This document shows positions 63,046 to 64,000 of a DNA stretch of 64,000 nucleotides, piece after piece. Below the pieces are notes generated by a model. It was not told where the DNA came from. It saw only the letters and a program-made list of their open reading frames with translations, and did not search any database. The position numbers and the translations under genes are program-made. The stretch covers positions 224,001-288,000 of the forward strand of contig CAXXKA010000004.1 of assembly GCA_963668625.2 (NCBI GenBank). Direction: 5' to 3'. Position 1 is the stretch's first letter. Every line of letters starts with the position of its first letter. This DNA is from an uncultured candidate division Zixibacteria bacterium (GTDB lineage Bacteria > Zixibacteria > MSB-5A5 > UBA10806 > 4484-95).

Positions 63046-64000
63046 TTGCTCACCCCAACCGTTATATTGTTAAACCTTGCCGGTGATGTACCATGGGCGA
63101 CATGAGCGGTTTGCATCGGCTCTCCTTTACCACATGAGGGGATTCCCCAGATATGCCAGTGATTCTTATTACAGATAGCATCACAATTATTCCAGAATTC
63201 CGGGGTAATCCCGGTGTAAAGCGGGTTTTTATATATCTTGCCCAGCTTGCCGTTTTTAATCTCCCGGGCGACCTCACAGCCGAACTGGAAGTTCAAACGA
63301 CGGTCATCGATAGACCAGGTTTTGTTCATATCCAGAAGCAGCCCGTCTTTGGTATCGGCAATCAGATCATCAAGCCCCCACTTGCCCGGCTCGAGATTGA
63401 TGTTGGTCATCCTGATAAGCGGAATGCTGCTCCAGCCATCAGCACGCATACAACCATTAGAACCCATCTTGATTAATGGCGCTGTCTCGCGCGAGGTCTG
63501 GTAACCGACATGCCTGCCCTCCTTGATAATATAATCACGGCAGGCTTTGACTCCCTCATCATCATAGCCGAAAGTACCCAGACCACCCTCGATCGTGGCA
63601 TCGGCAACGATATTGACGATAGGCGAACCGTATTGAAGTTTCCCGAGCTGATCGAGTGTCATGAACGAGCCGCCAGCCAGCGATATCTCGGTACCCAGCA
63701 CGCGGTCGAGTTCCGTGGGATGGCCGCATGATTCGTGTACCTGCAACGCCATCTGAGATCCGGTAATTATTATAGTCTTCTCTCCTTGAGGGCAGTCCTT
63801 GGCTTTGATAAGCTCTGCCGCCTCATCAGCTACGCGCTCGGCATTACCCAGCAGATCCATCGATTCGATAAACTCATAGCCGCCACAGGCATAATCTCCG
63901 CGATGGGAATTTGGATACGACCGTTTCTGTGCCTCGCCTCCTCCCATAGCAAAAACCTCCAATCCACCGCCGGATTCCAGTATATCCTGCTCGATCATCG
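63042..64000 (-). CDS. tldD: TldD metalloprotease subunit (5' end outside window)
   Basis: 'HESCGH', 'YDDEGV', 'RMTNINL', 'CGKGEP.Q'. Confidence 0.92.
   Translation of the reverse strand, partial: MIEQDILESGGGLEVFAMGGGEAQKRSYPNSHRGDYACGGYEFIESMDLLGNAERVADEAAELIKAKDCPQGEKTIIITGSQMALQVHESCGHPTELDRVLGTEISLAGGSFMTLDQLGKLQYGSPIVNIVADATIEGGLGTFGYDDEGVKACRDYIIKEGRHVGYQTSRETAPLIKMGSNGCMRADGWSSIPLIRMTNINLEPGKWGLDDLIADTKDGLLLDMNKTWSIDDRRLNFQFGCEVAREIKNGKLGKIYKNPLYTGITPEFWNNCDAICNKNHWHIWGIPSCGKGEPMQTAHVAHGTSPARFNNITVGVSK

Overview
Bacterial chromosome segment. My inference is an FCB-associated candidate phylum such as Zixibacteria, because of the many secreted proteins ending in an NYPNPFN-type C-terminal sorting domain (CTD) and the dockerin-like modules; this is not database-checked. 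The window holds a complete minus-strand rRNA operon (16S, tRNA-Ile, tRNA-Ala, 23S, 5S) with two tandem sigma70 promoters, tRNA-Ser(GCT), tRNA-Thr(CGT), and two IS elements (IS4 and IS256 families) with clear target-site duplications, each inserted into a gene. Coding content includes a tandem array of LVIVD-repeat/CTD proteins with decayed members, large secreted S8 and M6 proteases, beta-helix and dockerin-like proteins, and regulators (LytS/LytTR, TrmB, two Cys-less Rrf2, CheV, HDOD). The most striking observation is a probable secreted selenoprotein at 37514..38503: two ORFs join in frame through a TGA in a C-L-D-U (CxxU) motif, followed by a SECIS-like hairpin, giving signal peptide + beta-helix + CxxU + CTD. 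Other highlights are a same-orientation ~199-bp composite GTAG-REP repeat family, a tRNA-like structured leader upstream of an SPFH/band-7 gene, and an orphan rod-shaped ncRNA candidate near 780-940.
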